Assembly: GCA_034521595.1 (NCBI GenBank)
Contig: JAXHMG010000003.1
Location: 64,001 to 128,000 of the forward strand
DNA from: Gemmatimonadota bacterium
GTDB taxonomy: Bacteria; Gemmatimonadota; Gemmatimonadetes; Longimicrobiales; Gaopeijiaceae
DNA: 64,000 bases
Direction of reading: 5' to 3'
A program made the translations under genes and the position numbers. Below, one piece after another: positions 1 to 9,670 of the stretch (positions are counted from its first letter, which is position 1; every line of letters starts with the position of its first letter). The notes under the pieces were generated by a model. It had not been told where the DNA came from. It saw only the letters and a list, made by a program, of their open reading frames with translations, and did not search any database.

Positions 1-403
1 CGGGGTGCGGCATCCCGAAGTTGCGCCGGAGGTTCTCCTTCATGTCGCGGCCCTTCTGTTGGCCCACGACCATGACCGAATGTCCGTTGAGGCGAGCCCA
101 TCCGCCGACGATCGCTTCGTCGTCCCGGTAGCCTCTGTCCCCGTGGAGCTCGATCCAGTCGGTGAAGAGCCGGTGGATGTAGTCCAGGGTATAGGGCCGT
201 TGCGGATGGCGGGCGACTTGCACCTGCTCGATCGGCTTCAGGCTCTCGTAGGTCTCGCGCTTCAGGTCGAGGAGCTTGCCACGGAGCACGCCGACCTCGT
301 CCGAGACGTCGATGCCCTTACGGTCCGCGAGATCGAGCAGCTTGTCGATCTGCGTCTGGATCTCGACGATGTCGCGCTCGAAGTCTAGATGCACGTTCGT
401 CAT
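1..403 (-). CDS. accA: Acetyl-CoA carboxylase carboxyltransferase alpha subunit, 5' part (runs off the window edge)
   Basis: Manual translation from ATG 403: MTNVHLDFERDIVEIQ...VQVARHPQRPYTLDYI...ELHGDR...GQQKGRDMKENLRRNFGMPHP, all AccA signatures. The listed + ORF 5..388 is its antisense shadow. Confidence 0.95.
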   Translation of the reverse strand, partial: MTNVHLDFERDIVEIQTQIDKLLDLADRKGIDVSDEVGVLRGKLLDLKRETYESLKPIEQVQVARHPQRPYTLDYIHRLFTDWIELHGDRGYRDDEAIVGGWARLNGHSVMVVGQQKGRDMKENLRRNFGMPHP

Positions 404-530
404 GGGAAGGAGAAGCGTCTGGGACCCTGAAACTCGCCGGAGGCCGGCCGGGTCCGCAACCGGCGACGGGCCCGGACGAGCTGTTCGCGAAGTCCCTCGC
501 GGCGTGGAGCCGTGCGGCTCGCGGCAAGCC

Positions 531-2234
531 TCAGGGCCGCAGCTCCTTGAGCACCCATCCGTCGGGGTCGAGCCGTACCGAGCCGGTCGGCCGCGCGTCG
601 AGCGTGAAGCGGAGCGTGTCCTGGCCCGAGGCTGAAACCGCCTCGCGGCAGATCCGTTCGACTCCCTCACCCCAGCAGAGCTCGAGGGGCACCCGGAACC
701 GGGGCCAATCTTCGTTCTGGACCTGTTGCACGACGACCTCGGCGACGCCGCCGTTCGCTTCATCCGGAATCCAGCGCTCCTCGACTTCGAAGACCGGATA
801 TCCGGGTCGGTGGAGCCACTGCGTGAAAAACCAGTCGAGCTCGCGGTGGGAGACCTCTTCCATGACGTCCTTCAGGTCGTCGGTCAACACGGCCGTGTGG
901 ATGTTTCGCCGGTAGAACTCACGGATGGCCTCGAAGAAGACTTCGTCTCCGAGCAGGCCGCGGAGCATGTGCAGAACCCATGCGCCCTTGGGGTAGTTGT
1001 TCGCGTTGAGGAGCGCGAACAGGTCGGTCTCGTCGGGATCGATGACCGGTCGCTCCGCGGCCTCCGAGTTCACGACTCGGGTGCGGTTGTTCTCCATGAT
1101 TCCGCGGAACGCGTCCACGCCGTCGGCGGCCTCGAAAAACAGACCTCCGAAGTAGGTCGCGAACCCCTCCGAAAGCCAGAGGTGGTGCCAGCTCGCTTCC
1201 GTCACGGCGTCGCCGAACCACTGGTGCGCGATCTCGTGCGAGACGGTGCTCTCGATGTCGCGCCCGTCCGCGATCGCCTGCTCCGAATAGAAGATGGCCG
1301 AAGCGTTCTCCATCCCGCCGAAACGGGTCGCTGACTGGACGTTGGCGAGCTTCTCGAACGGGTAGTTCCCGACCAACTCGGTGAAGAAGTCGACCATCTG
1401 GGCCGCGCGCCGGAACGAGGGCTCGGCGTTCTCGACGTCCTCCGGAAACACCCAGTAAGTCACCTCGACGCAGCCGTCCTCCCGCCGGGACGCCGGAGCC
1501 CGGCCGCATGCCGCCAGGCCGATCGTGCGCACCTCGAGGTCCGCCGCGCCGATCACCATGTTGTACGTCGAGATGGGTACGCCCACCTCCCAAACCCAGG
1601 TGCGTCGCTCTCCGCTCTCCGGACCGAGCGCTCCGTCGCGCGTCGGCGTCGGCTCACCGACCAGGTGGCCGTTCGCGATGACCCGCCAGCCGGCCGGAGC
1701 GTGGACCGTATAACGCACGGTCGCCTTGTCGGCCGGATGGTCCACCGTGGGCATCCAGAAACGTGTCCGGTTGGGCCAGTTGTCCACGAAGGCCGCGGGA
1801 TCTCCGTGTACGTTGTCGCGCAGGATGAGCCCGTCGTCGGGGACGCCCCGATACGCGAGCGCTACCCGGACGGTGTCGGCCGGGCGTCTGCCGTCCAGGG
1901 GCACCCGGACGACCCCGTCCTCGTGGAGGTAGGGCACGGTCTGGCCGTCGACGGTCAGCTCGGTGATCTCGAGCCCGGTGAAGTCGATCGGAAGCACGGG
2001 TCCGTGCTCCCGCACGCTCACCCGGAGCTCGGTATGGCCCTCGAAGCCCTCCGCACCGGATGCAAGGCCGACTTCCACCTCGTAGTGGAGCACGTCCACT
2101 CCGGGTGCGTAGGGCCCCGGGGCCGGCGCGACGCCCGCCTCGATGGGCTCGGGCTCCTGCGCCCCCGCCGGAATCGGGCCGGTGCCCAGCGCGAGGACGG
2201 CGGCTGCGATCGATACGGCCCGTTTCCACGTCAT
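531..2234 (-). CDS. Secreted M1-family zinc aminopeptidase
   Basis: Signal peptide MTWKRAVSIAAAVLALG, GGMEN motif, HEIAH(x18)E, NYPKGAWVLHMLR. Start placed at ATG 2234, just after the upstream stop at 2237. Confidence 0.9.
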   Translation of the reverse strand: MTWKRAVSIAAAVLALGTGPIPAGAQEPEPIEAGVAPAPGPYAPGVDVLHYEVEVGLASGAEGFEGHTELRVSVREHGPVLPIDFTGLEITELTVDGQTVPYLHEDGVVRVPLDGRRPADTVRVALAYRGVPDDGLILRDNVHGDPAAFVDNWPNRTRFWMPTVDHPADKATVRYTVHAPAGWRVIANGHLVGEPTPTRDGALGPESGERRTWVWEVGVPISTYNMVIGAADLEVRTIGLAACGRAPASRREDGCVEVTYWVFPEDVENAEPSFRRAAQMVDFFTELVGNYPFEKLANVQSATRFGGMENASAIFYSEQAIADGRDIESTVSHEIAHQWFGDAVTEASWHHLWLSEGFATYFGGLFFEAADGVDAFRGIMENNRTRVVNSEAAERPVIDPDETDLFALLNANNYPKGAWVLHMLRGLLGDEVFFEAIREFYRRNIHTAVLTDDLKDVMEEVSHRELDWFFTQWLHRPGYPVFEVEERWIPDEANGGVAEVVVQQVQNEDWPRFRVPLELCWGEGVERICREAVSASGQDTLRFTLDARPTGSVRLDPDGWVLKELRP

Positions 2235-2236
2235 GG

Positions 2237-3241
2237 TCAGCCTTTCTCCTGAATGGTTTCGAATACCTCGACTTCCCCGAAGCTCTTCAGCCTGCCCCAA
2301 TACCGTGCGTAGGCGCGGGCGAGCTCGGGGTCGAGGTCCGGGCGTTCCGTGCCCAGCCCACTGAACTGCTCGAGCGCCTCGGTCTTGCCCGAGATGCGAT
2401 CCGCAATATCGACCACGTGGTGCGGCGAGAACGCCGAGGGCGACGTGGCCGTCTGGTACCCGAACACATGCACACGGCCCTCCGCGGCCTCGACGGCGAT
2501 GCGCGAAGCCGCGGAGCGCGATGGATGGCGGTCGCCCCGTGCCGGAGCGTACATGACCGAGGGGCGCAGCTCGTGCACGGCGCGGTGCAGCATCATCGCC
2601 ATGGCGTCGGGATCCCCGACCAGCGACTCGGCCAGCCGGAGCGTGAAGCCCAGGCCGCGGGCCGCCGCCCTTGCCGCGGCGAACTCGTCCGGATCCACCC
2701 GTGGTGGGTCGACCGGAATGGGCAGGATCACGACCTGGGCGCCTTCGGCGACCGCCGACCCGAGAACGCCCGCGCACCCCATGATCCCGTCGCCGATCAA
2801 TCCTTCCACGACCAGGACGGTCTCACGCTCGGGTGAAGCTCGCGCGGTCTCCGTGCCCCGAGGTCCGACCATGGAGCGGACGCGTCCGACGAAATCGTCC
2901 CGGTCCAGGGGCTTCACCATCACCTGATCGGCGCCCGCCCGGAACGCCTGGTCCCAGTAGTGCTCCTGGGTGTAGCCGGTCGTCGCCAGCACGGGCATGT
3001 GCCGGTCCTTCGCTTTGGCGGCGCGGATGACCTGGAATCCGTCGGCTCCGGGGAGGTTCAGGTCGGCGACGAGGAGGTCGAAGCCCCGCTCCTCGAGGAG
3101 TCGCAGCGCGTGGTCGCCGTCCTGCGTGTGCGTGACGGCGAACTCCGGCAGCCCGGAGAAGAACGTCTGCACGAGCAGCGCGTGATCCACCGAATCCTCG
3201 ACGAAGAGGACCTGGCGCTTCTCGGTGGAATCGGGGGTCAA
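2237..3241 (-). CDS. Response-regulator receiver domain fused to a degenerate PIG-L/LmbE deacetylase-like domain
   Basis: REC motifs VLFVED, ADLNLPGADG, TTGY, KP. C-terminal GCAGVL, RPSVMYAP..GDRH, VDI..K..AL, ARYWG pattern of the PIG-L family. Confidence 0.8.
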   Translation of the reverse strand: MTPDSTEKRQVLFVEDSVDHALLVQTFFSGLPEFAVTHTQDGDHALRLLEERGFDLLVADLNLPGADGFQVIRAAKAKDRHMPVLATTGYTQEHYWDQAFRAGADQVMVKPLDRDDFVGRVRSMVGPRGTETARASPERETVLVVEGLIGDGIMGCAGVLGSAVAEGAQVVILPIPVDPPRVDPDEFAAARAAARGLGFTLRLAESLVGDPDAMAMMLHRAVHELRPSVMYAPARGDRHPSRSAASRIAVEAAEGRVHVFGYQTATSPSAFSPHHVVDIADRISGKTEALEQFSGLGTERPDLDPELARAYARYWGRLKSFGEVEVFETIQEKG

Positions 3242-3312
3242 CGAGACATCTCGGTGTTTGGGCGGTGTGACGCTCGGAGCCCGAGCGTGCTCGACTGGAA
3301 TATATTGGGGCT

Positions 3313-3669
3313 AGCAGCCCGTGGCAGAAGTTGGGTGGGCCGGACCCGTGCTGCGCCCGGGTGCCCCGGGAGCGCCACGGCCCCAGATCCTAGGCGCCAT
3401 GACGAAGGCATAGCCTTGAGCTGGGCACCGCGCGAAGCGTGGTCCGAGGAGTGGCAACGACGGAGATGGGGCCGTGCCGCCCCGGGCACCGCCGCGCCAG
3501 CGGTGGTCCGAAGGGCACAAGGGGACCAACGCTATCGCGTCGGTGCCCGCGGCATCATACTGCGTCATAGCTCCTCCCCGATGCTTTGGCATCGCATTCG
3601 TCGCTCTTCCTTGTCTGATATCCGCAAGACCCTTGTGCGCGGCCCACCCAACTTCTGCCACGGGCTGCT
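3313..3669. mobile_element. Non-autonomous TIR element (MITE-like), copy 1, opposite orientation to copies 2 and 3
   Basis: Perfect 30-bp terminal inverted repeat (3313-3342 / 3640-3669, AGCAGCCCGTGGCAGAAGTTGGGTGGGCCG). Intergenic, homologous to 36653-36930 and 40522-40906. Confidence 0.85.
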
Positions 3670-3683
3670 CGGGAACCGTCCCG

Positions 3684-4955
3684 TCACGCGGCGTCGGAAG
3701 ACCGGTCTCGTCGGGGCTCCGGCAGGAGGAACCACACGATGAGCCCCATCGTGAGCACGAAGACGGCACCGACGATCGTGTTCGACCTGTATCCGACCCC
3801 GGCGAAGAGCGGGCCGGCGATCGCGCCACCGAGCGCGAACCCGACTTGGCCGAGCGCGACCGTGAGGCTCATCAGCGATCCTCTGCGGTCGTCGCTCACG
3901 AGCGCGGTGAGCAGCGCCGAGAACGGGCTGATGCGCATCGCGACGAGCACCATCGTCAGGAAGAAGATGACGTACGCCGTCCAGAGGTTCGTGACCAGCG
4001 GTACCGTGAGGAGCATGACCACGGAGAGTCCGATGCAGGAGAGCAGGATCAAGCCTTTGCGCCCGATCCGGTCGGAAAGCTTCCCCGCTTGCGGGCCGGT
4101 CACGACGTTTGCGACCCCGCCGATCAGGAACATGAGCGCGATCTGGTTGCCGGTCGCTCCGATGTCCCGCTCGAGCCAGGTCGGTAGGTAGACCACGAAC
4201 ACCGAAACCCCGAGGAACATCATGAAGAACGCCGTTGCCGCCCATGCGATCTCGGCTCGCTTCAACATCGTGACGTAGTCTTCGATGGCCTTCTTGATGG
4301 AGAGGCGGTGCTGGCTCAGCTGCACGTCGGGCTGTGGCATGCGCAGGAAGAGCAGGAGCAGGGTGGCGGCCATCGTGATCGCGAAGAGGTAGAAGGGCGA
4401 GCGGAAGCCCCATCGCTCCGCCATGACGATGCCCATCGGGATCCCGATGATCTGTCCGAAGGCGGATCCGCTCATCACCCAGCCGGTGGCCCAGCCCCGA
4501 CGCTCGTACGGAAAGTAGTCGCCAATGTAGGAGACGGCCGCTCCGCTCAGGATGCCACCCGCGATCCCAGCGAAGATGCGCACGGCCAGGAACGAGACGT
4601 ACCCGGTCACGAAGCCGTGGAGCGAGAGCGCGAGCGTCATCGTGCCGGCGCCCATCATCAGGATGCGTCGCCGTCCGATCTTGTCGGAGATCGGACCCGA
4701 GATGATGGCGAACACACCGACCATGATCGAGTAGGCGGACACCAAAGTGCCGAGCACCGCGTCCGCGATCCCGAGCTGGTTGCCGATCATGGGCAGGATC
4801 GGCGAGATGATCATGATCTGGCTGGCCGACGAGAACACCAGCAGCCAGAGGGTGAAGACGACCAGCAGCGGGGACACCTCGGTCGCGTCGCCCGGGGGGG
4901 TGTCCGGGCCCGCCGGGGGCCGGACGGCTTCACCGCCGAGCTCGGCTCCGCTCAA
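3684..4955 (-). CDS. MFS transporter
   Basis: Multiple TM helices, motif A GPISDKIGRRR and GKLSDRIGRK. TTG start overlaps the upstream stop (TTGA); start uncertain. Confidence 0.9.
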   Translation of the reverse strand: MSGAELGGEAVRPPAGPDTPPGDATEVSPLLVVFTLWLLVFSSASQIMIISPILPMIGNQLGIADAVLGTLVSAYSIMVGVFAIISGPISDKIGRRRILMMGAGTMTLALSLHGFVTGYVSFLAVRIFAGIAGGILSGAAVSYIGDYFPYERRGWATGWVMSGSAFGQIIGIPMGIVMAERWGFRSPFYLFAITMAATLLLLFLRMPQPDVQLSQHRLSIKKAIEDYVTMLKRAEIAWAATAFFMMFLGVSVFVVYLPTWLERDIGATGNQIALMFLIGGVANVVTGPQAGKLSDRIGRKGLILLSCIGLSVVMLLTVPLVTNLWTAYVIFFLTMVLVAMRISPFSALLTALVSDDRRGSLMSLTVALGQVGFALGGAIAGPLFAGVGYRSNTIVGAVFVLTMGLIVWFLLPEPRRDRSSDAA

Positions 4956-5734
4956 CCCCCTTCGTTCCTGTCGACCCGCCCGGCGGCCCGCTGGGCCGTG
5001 GGCATCAGAACGAGCTGGAACACGTCCACGTGCTCGGGCGTGTTGGCCACGTAGAGCACCGCGTCCGCCACGTCGTCGCCCGACAGCGGGCGGGTGTCGG
5101 CGTAAACCTTCTTCGCCCGCTCTGCGTCTCCGTGGAAGCGGACCTCGCTGAACTCGGTTTCGGTCAGGCCCGGATCGACGCTGGAGACCCGCACCTTGGT
5201 GCCCAGCAGGTCCATGTTCATCCCTTCCGCGATCGCCCGCAGCCCGAACTTGGTGGCGTTGTAGACGGCCCCCTTCGGGTAGACCCAACGCCCGGCGATG
5301 CTCCCGATGTGGATGACGTGTCCACTGTTCCGCTCCACCATGTGCGGCAGGATCGCGCGCGACATGTAGAGGACTCCCTTGAGGTTGGTGTCGATCATGT
5401 CCTCCCAGTCGTCGATCGATCCCTCGTGGAGCTTGTCGAGACCCCGCGCCTTGCCGGCGTTGTTGACGAGGATGTCGGGGAGGAGCTCCAGCCGTTCGAG
5501 CGTGTTCACGTATTCGGCGACCTGGTCGCGGCTCGCCACGTCCACGCCGTGGGCGTTCGCTTCGACGCCGTGTTCCTTGCGCAGCTCCTCCGCCAGAGCC
5601 TCCACGCGCTCGAGCCGGCGGGCGGCGAGAAGGAGGTTCGCGCCCTGCTCGGCGAAGCGTCGCGCGCATGCTTCGCCGATTCCGGCGCTCGCTCCGGTGA
5701 TGAGGACGCGTTTTCCGATCAATCGATTGATCAT
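4952..5734 (-). CDS. Short-chain dehydrogenase/reductase, YdfG-like
   Basis: TGASAGIG, NNAG, YNATK, DPGLTETEFSEVRFHGD. Confidence 0.92.
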   Translation of the reverse strand: MINRLIGKRVLITGASAGIGEACARRFAEQGANLLLAARRLERVEALAEELRKEHGVEANAHGVDVASRDQVAEYVNTLERLELLPDILVNNAGKARGLDKLHEGSIDDWEDMIDTNLKGVLYMSRAILPHMVERNSGHVIHIGSIAGRWVYPKGAVYNATKFGLRAIAEGMNMDLLGTKVRVSSVDPGLTETEFSEVRFHGDAERAKKVYADTRPLSGDDVADAVLYVANTPEHVDVFQLVLMPTAQRAAGRVDRNEGG

Positions 5735-5860
5735 GGTGGTGATGGTTCGGTGAACGGGTTGGGGGGCGTCAGATTCGCCCCGGCTCATCCGCGACGCAAC
5801 CGTGGCGACACCGGCGGTGGCCGACGGCTCCGGAAGCCACTACCCTCCGGCCGTCACGCG

Positions 5861-7108
5861 ATGGCTCGGAGGAGCGACTTGGACAGGAAGCAGGTCGGCG
5901 CCTGGGCGCTGTACGATTTCGCCAACTCGGTGTTCCCCGCGGTCATGACGACCGCGGTGTTCCCGGTCTACTACATCACGGTGGTGGTCGCGGACGGGGG
6001 TGGAGCCGGCGAGTGGTGGTGGGGGCGTGCCGTCGCGCTGTCGGCGCTGATCGTGGCCGTGACCTCTCCGCTGTTGGGTGCGATCGCGGACCGCGGCGGT
6101 GCGCGGAAGAAGTTCATGTTCGGGTGGGTCGGCGTATGCGTTGCAGCCGTCGCCGCGATGACGACGCTCGAGGCCGGGATGGTGATCCCGGGGTTCGTCC
6201 TGTTCGTCGTCGCCAACGTCGGGTTCGAGGGGGCGAACGTATTCTATAACGCGTATCTGCCCGACATCGCGCCTCCGGAGCGGCGTGGCTTCGTCTCGGG
6301 GCTCGGTTTCGGGATCGGGTACCTCGGCTCGGCCGTCGGGCTCATGATGGCGATTCCGTTCGTCGACCGGATCGAGCTCGTCTGGCTGTTGGTGGCCGGC
6401 TTTTTCTTCGTCTTTTCGCTCCCCGCCTTTTTCTTCCTGCCCGAGGACCGGCCGACGGGAATCACGCTGCCCGCGGCGGCACGCTGGGGGTTCGGCAACC
6501 TCCGCGTGATCGTGAGCGAGGTCTGGGCGAACCGGGAGCTGCGGAAGTTCCTGCTGGCCTTCTTCTTCTATATCGACGGCGTGCTGACCATCATCGTCAT
6601 GGCCGGCGCGGTCGCGACGGAAACGTTCGGTTTCGACCAGCGCGGGACCATCGTCCTCTTCCTGATCGTGCAGTTCTCGGCCCTGGCGGGTGCGTTCGCC
6701 TTGGCGGGCCCGACCGACCGTTTCGGGCCCAAGCGGGTGCTGAGCGGGGTGATCGTGCTGTGGATCGCCACCGGCGTGTCCGCCTACTTCATCCAGGACG
6801 CCGCGGTTTTCTACGGCCTGGCGGTGGTCGCCGGACTCGGTCTGGGCTCGATCCAGTCGGCGAGCCGGGCGCTGATGGCTTCGCTCGTCCCCGAGGGCCG
6901 GGAAGCCGAGATGTTCGGCTTCTACGCTCTGTGCGGAAAGACGTCGTCGATCATCGGACCGACCCTGTTCGGATACGTGACGCTCCTGGCGGACGGCAAC
7001 CAGCGGCCCGGCTTCCTCGTTTTGACCGGGCTGTTCGTCGTCGGCCTCTTCCTGTTGCAACGGGTTCGGGATCCCGTGTCCGGTCGCGTCGAGACGGCCG
7101 GGTCGTGA
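5861..7108 (+). CDS. MFS transporter, UMF1/ATG22-like
   Basis: WALYDFANS, FYNAYLPDIA, GFGIGYLG, EMFGFYALCGK, multiple TM helices. Confidence 0.9.
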   Translation: MARRSDLDRKQVGAWALYDFANSVFPAVMTTAVFPVYYITVVVADGGGAGEWWWGRAVALSALIVAVTSPLLGAIADRGGARKKFMFGWVGVCVAAVAAMTTLEAGMVIPGFVLFVVANVGFEGANVFYNAYLPDIAPPERRGFVSGLGFGIGYLGSAVGLMMAIPFVDRIELVWLLVAGFFFVFSLPAFFFLPEDRPTGITLPAAARWGFGNLRVIVSEVWANRELRKFLLAFFFYIDGVLTIIVMAGAVATETFGFDQRGTIVLFLIVQFSALAGAFALAGPTDRFGPKRVLSGVIVLWIATGVSAYFIQDAAVFYGLAVVAGLGLGSIQSASRALMASLVPEGREAEMFGFYALCGKTSSIIGPTLFGYVTLLADGNQRPGFLVLTGLFVVGLFLLQRVRDPVSGRVETAGS

Positions 7109-7231
7109 CGGGCCGCGTCGCGCCGCGCACCGGCACGCGATGGCGCGTCGGCGGTCGGGGAGCGACCTTGGCGCGTCGGCGGGCGGGTGCCCGCGCTCTC
7201 GGCAGGCGATTCTCACTCAAGGAGGACGAAG

Positions 7232-7759
7232 ATGGTTTCGGGACGCGACCTCGGACGGGCACGGCCCCTGACACTGTGGGCGATCGCCGTGGCGGGCTCG
7301 GTGCTCGCCGGCTGTTCGATCGAGCCGCGCACCGACCGTGAAGAGTCGGCGGCCGACGGACCCGCTTCGGGTGCGCCCGACAAGGAGGTGGTCGACGTGC
7401 CCGGCGTCGCGAGCTTGCCGGTGTTCTCGTCAGCGATTCGAAGCGGAGATTTCATCTTCCTGTCCGGCGCCATCGGCACGGTGCCGGGCGAGGAGCTGCA
7501 GTTGGTCGAAGGAGGCATCGGGTCCGAGACGCGGCAAACCCTCGAGAACCTCAGTGACGTGATCGAGGCCGCGGGGGGGACGATGGAAGACATGGTGAAG
7601 TGCACGGTCTTCCTCGCGGATATGGACGATTACGAGGCCATGAACGAAGTGTATCTCGAGTTCTTCCCTTCGGATCCCCCGGCTCGCTCGGCGCTCGCCG
7701 CGGCGGGTCTGGCGTTCGACGCCCGGGTGGAGATCGAGTGCATCGCGGCGGCTCGTTAG
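7232..7759 (+). CDS. RidA/YjgF-family protein with lipoprotein signal
   Basis: GGAGG RBS, lipobox LAGC, FLSGAIG, VKCTVFL, MNEVY..FF...PPARS, VEIECIA. Confidence 0.88.
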   Translation: MVSGRDLGRARPLTLWAIAVAGSVLAGCSIEPRTDREESAADGPASGAPDKEVVDVPGVASLPVFSSAIRSGDFIFLSGAIGTVPGEELQLVEGGIGSETRQTLENLSDVIEAAGGTMEDMVKCTVFLADMDDYEAMNEVYLEFFPSDPPARSALAAAGLAFDARVEIECIAAAR

Positions 7760-7765
7760 CTGCGC

Positions 7766-9640
7766 TCAACCCCGGATCTCGGGAGCGGCGTCGTGAAAGG
7801 TGACCCGCCATACCCGGAGGTGCTCTTCCAGGCCGCGCACGTTCACTTCCAGGGACTGGAGCTCCGCTCCGAGCCGGAAGCACAGCTCGTCGACGCCCGG
7901 GTCCACCCGGACCGCATCGGAAAGGACGACATCGTTCCCGGCGGACACTGAGCCGAGGCGTGCGGCGATGTTGACGGTCGAGCCGAAGTAATCGAGTCGG
8001 TCGTTGAGCGTGACCGCGATACATGGGCCGTAGTGCACGCCCGCTTTCAACACGAGCGGGAGCTCCTTATCCGGGATCTCGCTGTCCGGGCGTCGCATCT
8101 CGGTCCCGCTCGCGAGTCGTGCTTGCGCCGTACGAACCGCCTCCATCGCATGTTGTGGCTCTTGGAAGACCGCCATGACCGCGTCGCCGATCGTCTTCAC
8201 GACCGCCCCTTCGTGCTCGCGCACGGCTTCGTCGAGCACTTCGAAGTGGCGCATCACACGCCTGTACGCGGGGGCGTCGCCGACGCGCCGATACATGCGC
8301 GTGGAGTCCTTCAGGTCGGTGAAGAGGATGGCGAGGCTACCGACGTTCATGAACGTGCCAGACCGTAACACCTCGTCGCTGAAGATGTCCCGAAAGTCCG
8401 CGAGCGCCGTGACCTCGGCGGCCGTTGCCGCGGTGTCCGCCCAGGCAATGCGCTCGATGTCGACGAGCACCTCCGAGTCCGTTTCGTTGTGGAGCGTGAC
8501 CTGGGCTCTCGGATGCACGGCCGAGTGGACCTCGCCCCAACCGCTCGGGAGGAGCTTGACCGTGACGTGCTCGACACCCTCCGTAGAGACCTCGAAGGCA
8601 GGACCGCCCGGCACGCCCCAGGCCCGCAACCGGTGGCGCCCGGGTTCCAGCACCCCGTGGACCGCCCGGCGCTCGGACGGCGCGAGGAGCTGTTGAACCT
8701 CGATGTGTGGCGTGATCTGGGGCCCGGCGACGCAAAATTCGGGAGCGTGAACCGGACGAATCGCCGCCGTGGGCCTGAAGGATACTTCAACCGAGTTGGC
8801 GAAATCGCGGGAAAACGTGACGTCACAGCTCTCGCAGTGGGTGCTCCCTTCGCGCATGCGGGCGAGCGACGTGACACGGTCTTTCGCCCCCAGGCAGCGA
8901 GGACAGATCACGTCCCACGTCAGATCGAGTAGGCCTGCGCGAGTGGCCTGCATGCAGGTGTGCAGCGTTTCACGGCGCTCGGTCCCCCATGCGTCCGCTC
9001 GCTCGTAGGGCCGGATCCGGGCGAGGCTCATCTCGTCGGCGGTGGCTACGTACCTTAGGATTTGCTCCGTGAGTTCCGGACGGACGCCTGTTTCGGCGAG
9101 GCGTTTCCCCGCCCGCCGTAGGCGAGGAAGCCGACGGCGGGGAAGCGCTTCGGGGGCATCCTGGGCATCGCTCTGTCCGACCACCTGTTCCGCGTACCTC
9201 TTGAAGGTACGCCCGAATGTGGCACGGCTGATCACACCGATCTGAATCGGAGTCGTGACGAGACCGAAGATGCCTCGTGGGCGGGCGTGCACCCGATAGG
9301 TGAGGTGCGTCCGGTGCGGACCCGCTTCCTCCAGGGTGGCGAGGACCCTCATCTCACGAAGCGGCCCCCGGCTGTACCGGCGGACGACTCCGAAGCGCCA
9401 CGGCTTCACCCACTCGAAGGGCAGCTCTTCCCACTCCAGGGTGACGCCCTTCACACGCAGATGCAGCTGTCGGCGTGCGTTGGTGGCGATCCGACCGTCG
9501 CTGGTGGGTTGCTCCTGGACGGGAGGCAACCCTACGTCGCGGTTGAAGCGGTTCGTGTCGGAGACGAGGGGCCACAGGGCTTCAGGCGATGCGGGCAGTG
9601 TCCAGGACCACTCGTACTCGAATTCACGAGGAAGCCCCAT
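7766..9640 (-). CDS. Class III adenylate/guanylate cyclase with SRPBCC-like and Cys-containing (DUF5939-like) N-terminal domains
   Basis: LFTDLKDST, VVKTIGDAVMA, DYFGSTVNIAARL, plus CPRC and CESC motifs. Confidence 0.88.
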   Translation of the reverse strand: MGLPREFEYEWSWTLPASPEALWPLVSDTNRFNRDVGLPPVQEQPTSDGRIATNARRQLHLRVKGVTLEWEELPFEWVKPWRFGVVRRYSRGPLREMRVLATLEEAGPHRTHLTYRVHARPRGIFGLVTTPIQIGVISRATFGRTFKRYAEQVVGQSDAQDAPEALPRRRLPRLRRAGKRLAETGVRPELTEQILRYVATADEMSLARIRPYERADAWGTERRETLHTCMQATRAGLLDLTWDVICPRCLGAKDRVTSLARMREGSTHCESCDVTFSRDFANSVEVSFRPTAAIRPVHAPEFCVAGPQITPHIEVQQLLAPSERRAVHGVLEPGRHRLRAWGVPGGPAFEVSTEGVEHVTVKLLPSGWGEVHSAVHPRAQVTLHNETDSEVLVDIERIAWADTAATAAEVTALADFRDIFSDEVLRSGTFMNVGSLAILFTDLKDSTRMYRRVGDAPAYRRVMRHFEVLDEAVREHEGAVVKTIGDAVMAVFQEPQHAMEAVRTAQARLASGTEMRRPDSEIPDKELPLVLKAGVHYGPCIAVTLNDRLDYFGSTVNIAARLGSVSAGNDVVLSDAVRVDPGVDELCFRLGAELQSLEVNVRGLEEHLRVWRVTFHDAAPEIRG

Positions 9641-9670
9641 CTCTCCTCCCCATCACGTTGCCTCGGATTC

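Noticed and set aside
3311-3829. Similar peptides in ORFs at 3311-3829, 36662-36931 and 40497-40907 (..QGRATNAMPKHRGGAMT..TSATGC)
   Set aside because: They are translations of the repeated element. No RBS or transposase motifs, and conservation follows base pairing rather than codons.
531-5669. Very long N-terminal extensions in ORF-track entries 531-2777 and 3684-5669 (also 5030-7108, 23433-24869, 38149-39543, 40959-42386)
   Set aside because: Arg/Gly/Pro-rich off-frame readthrough of neighbouring genes. Starts were reassigned using RBS, stop overlaps and domain boundaries.
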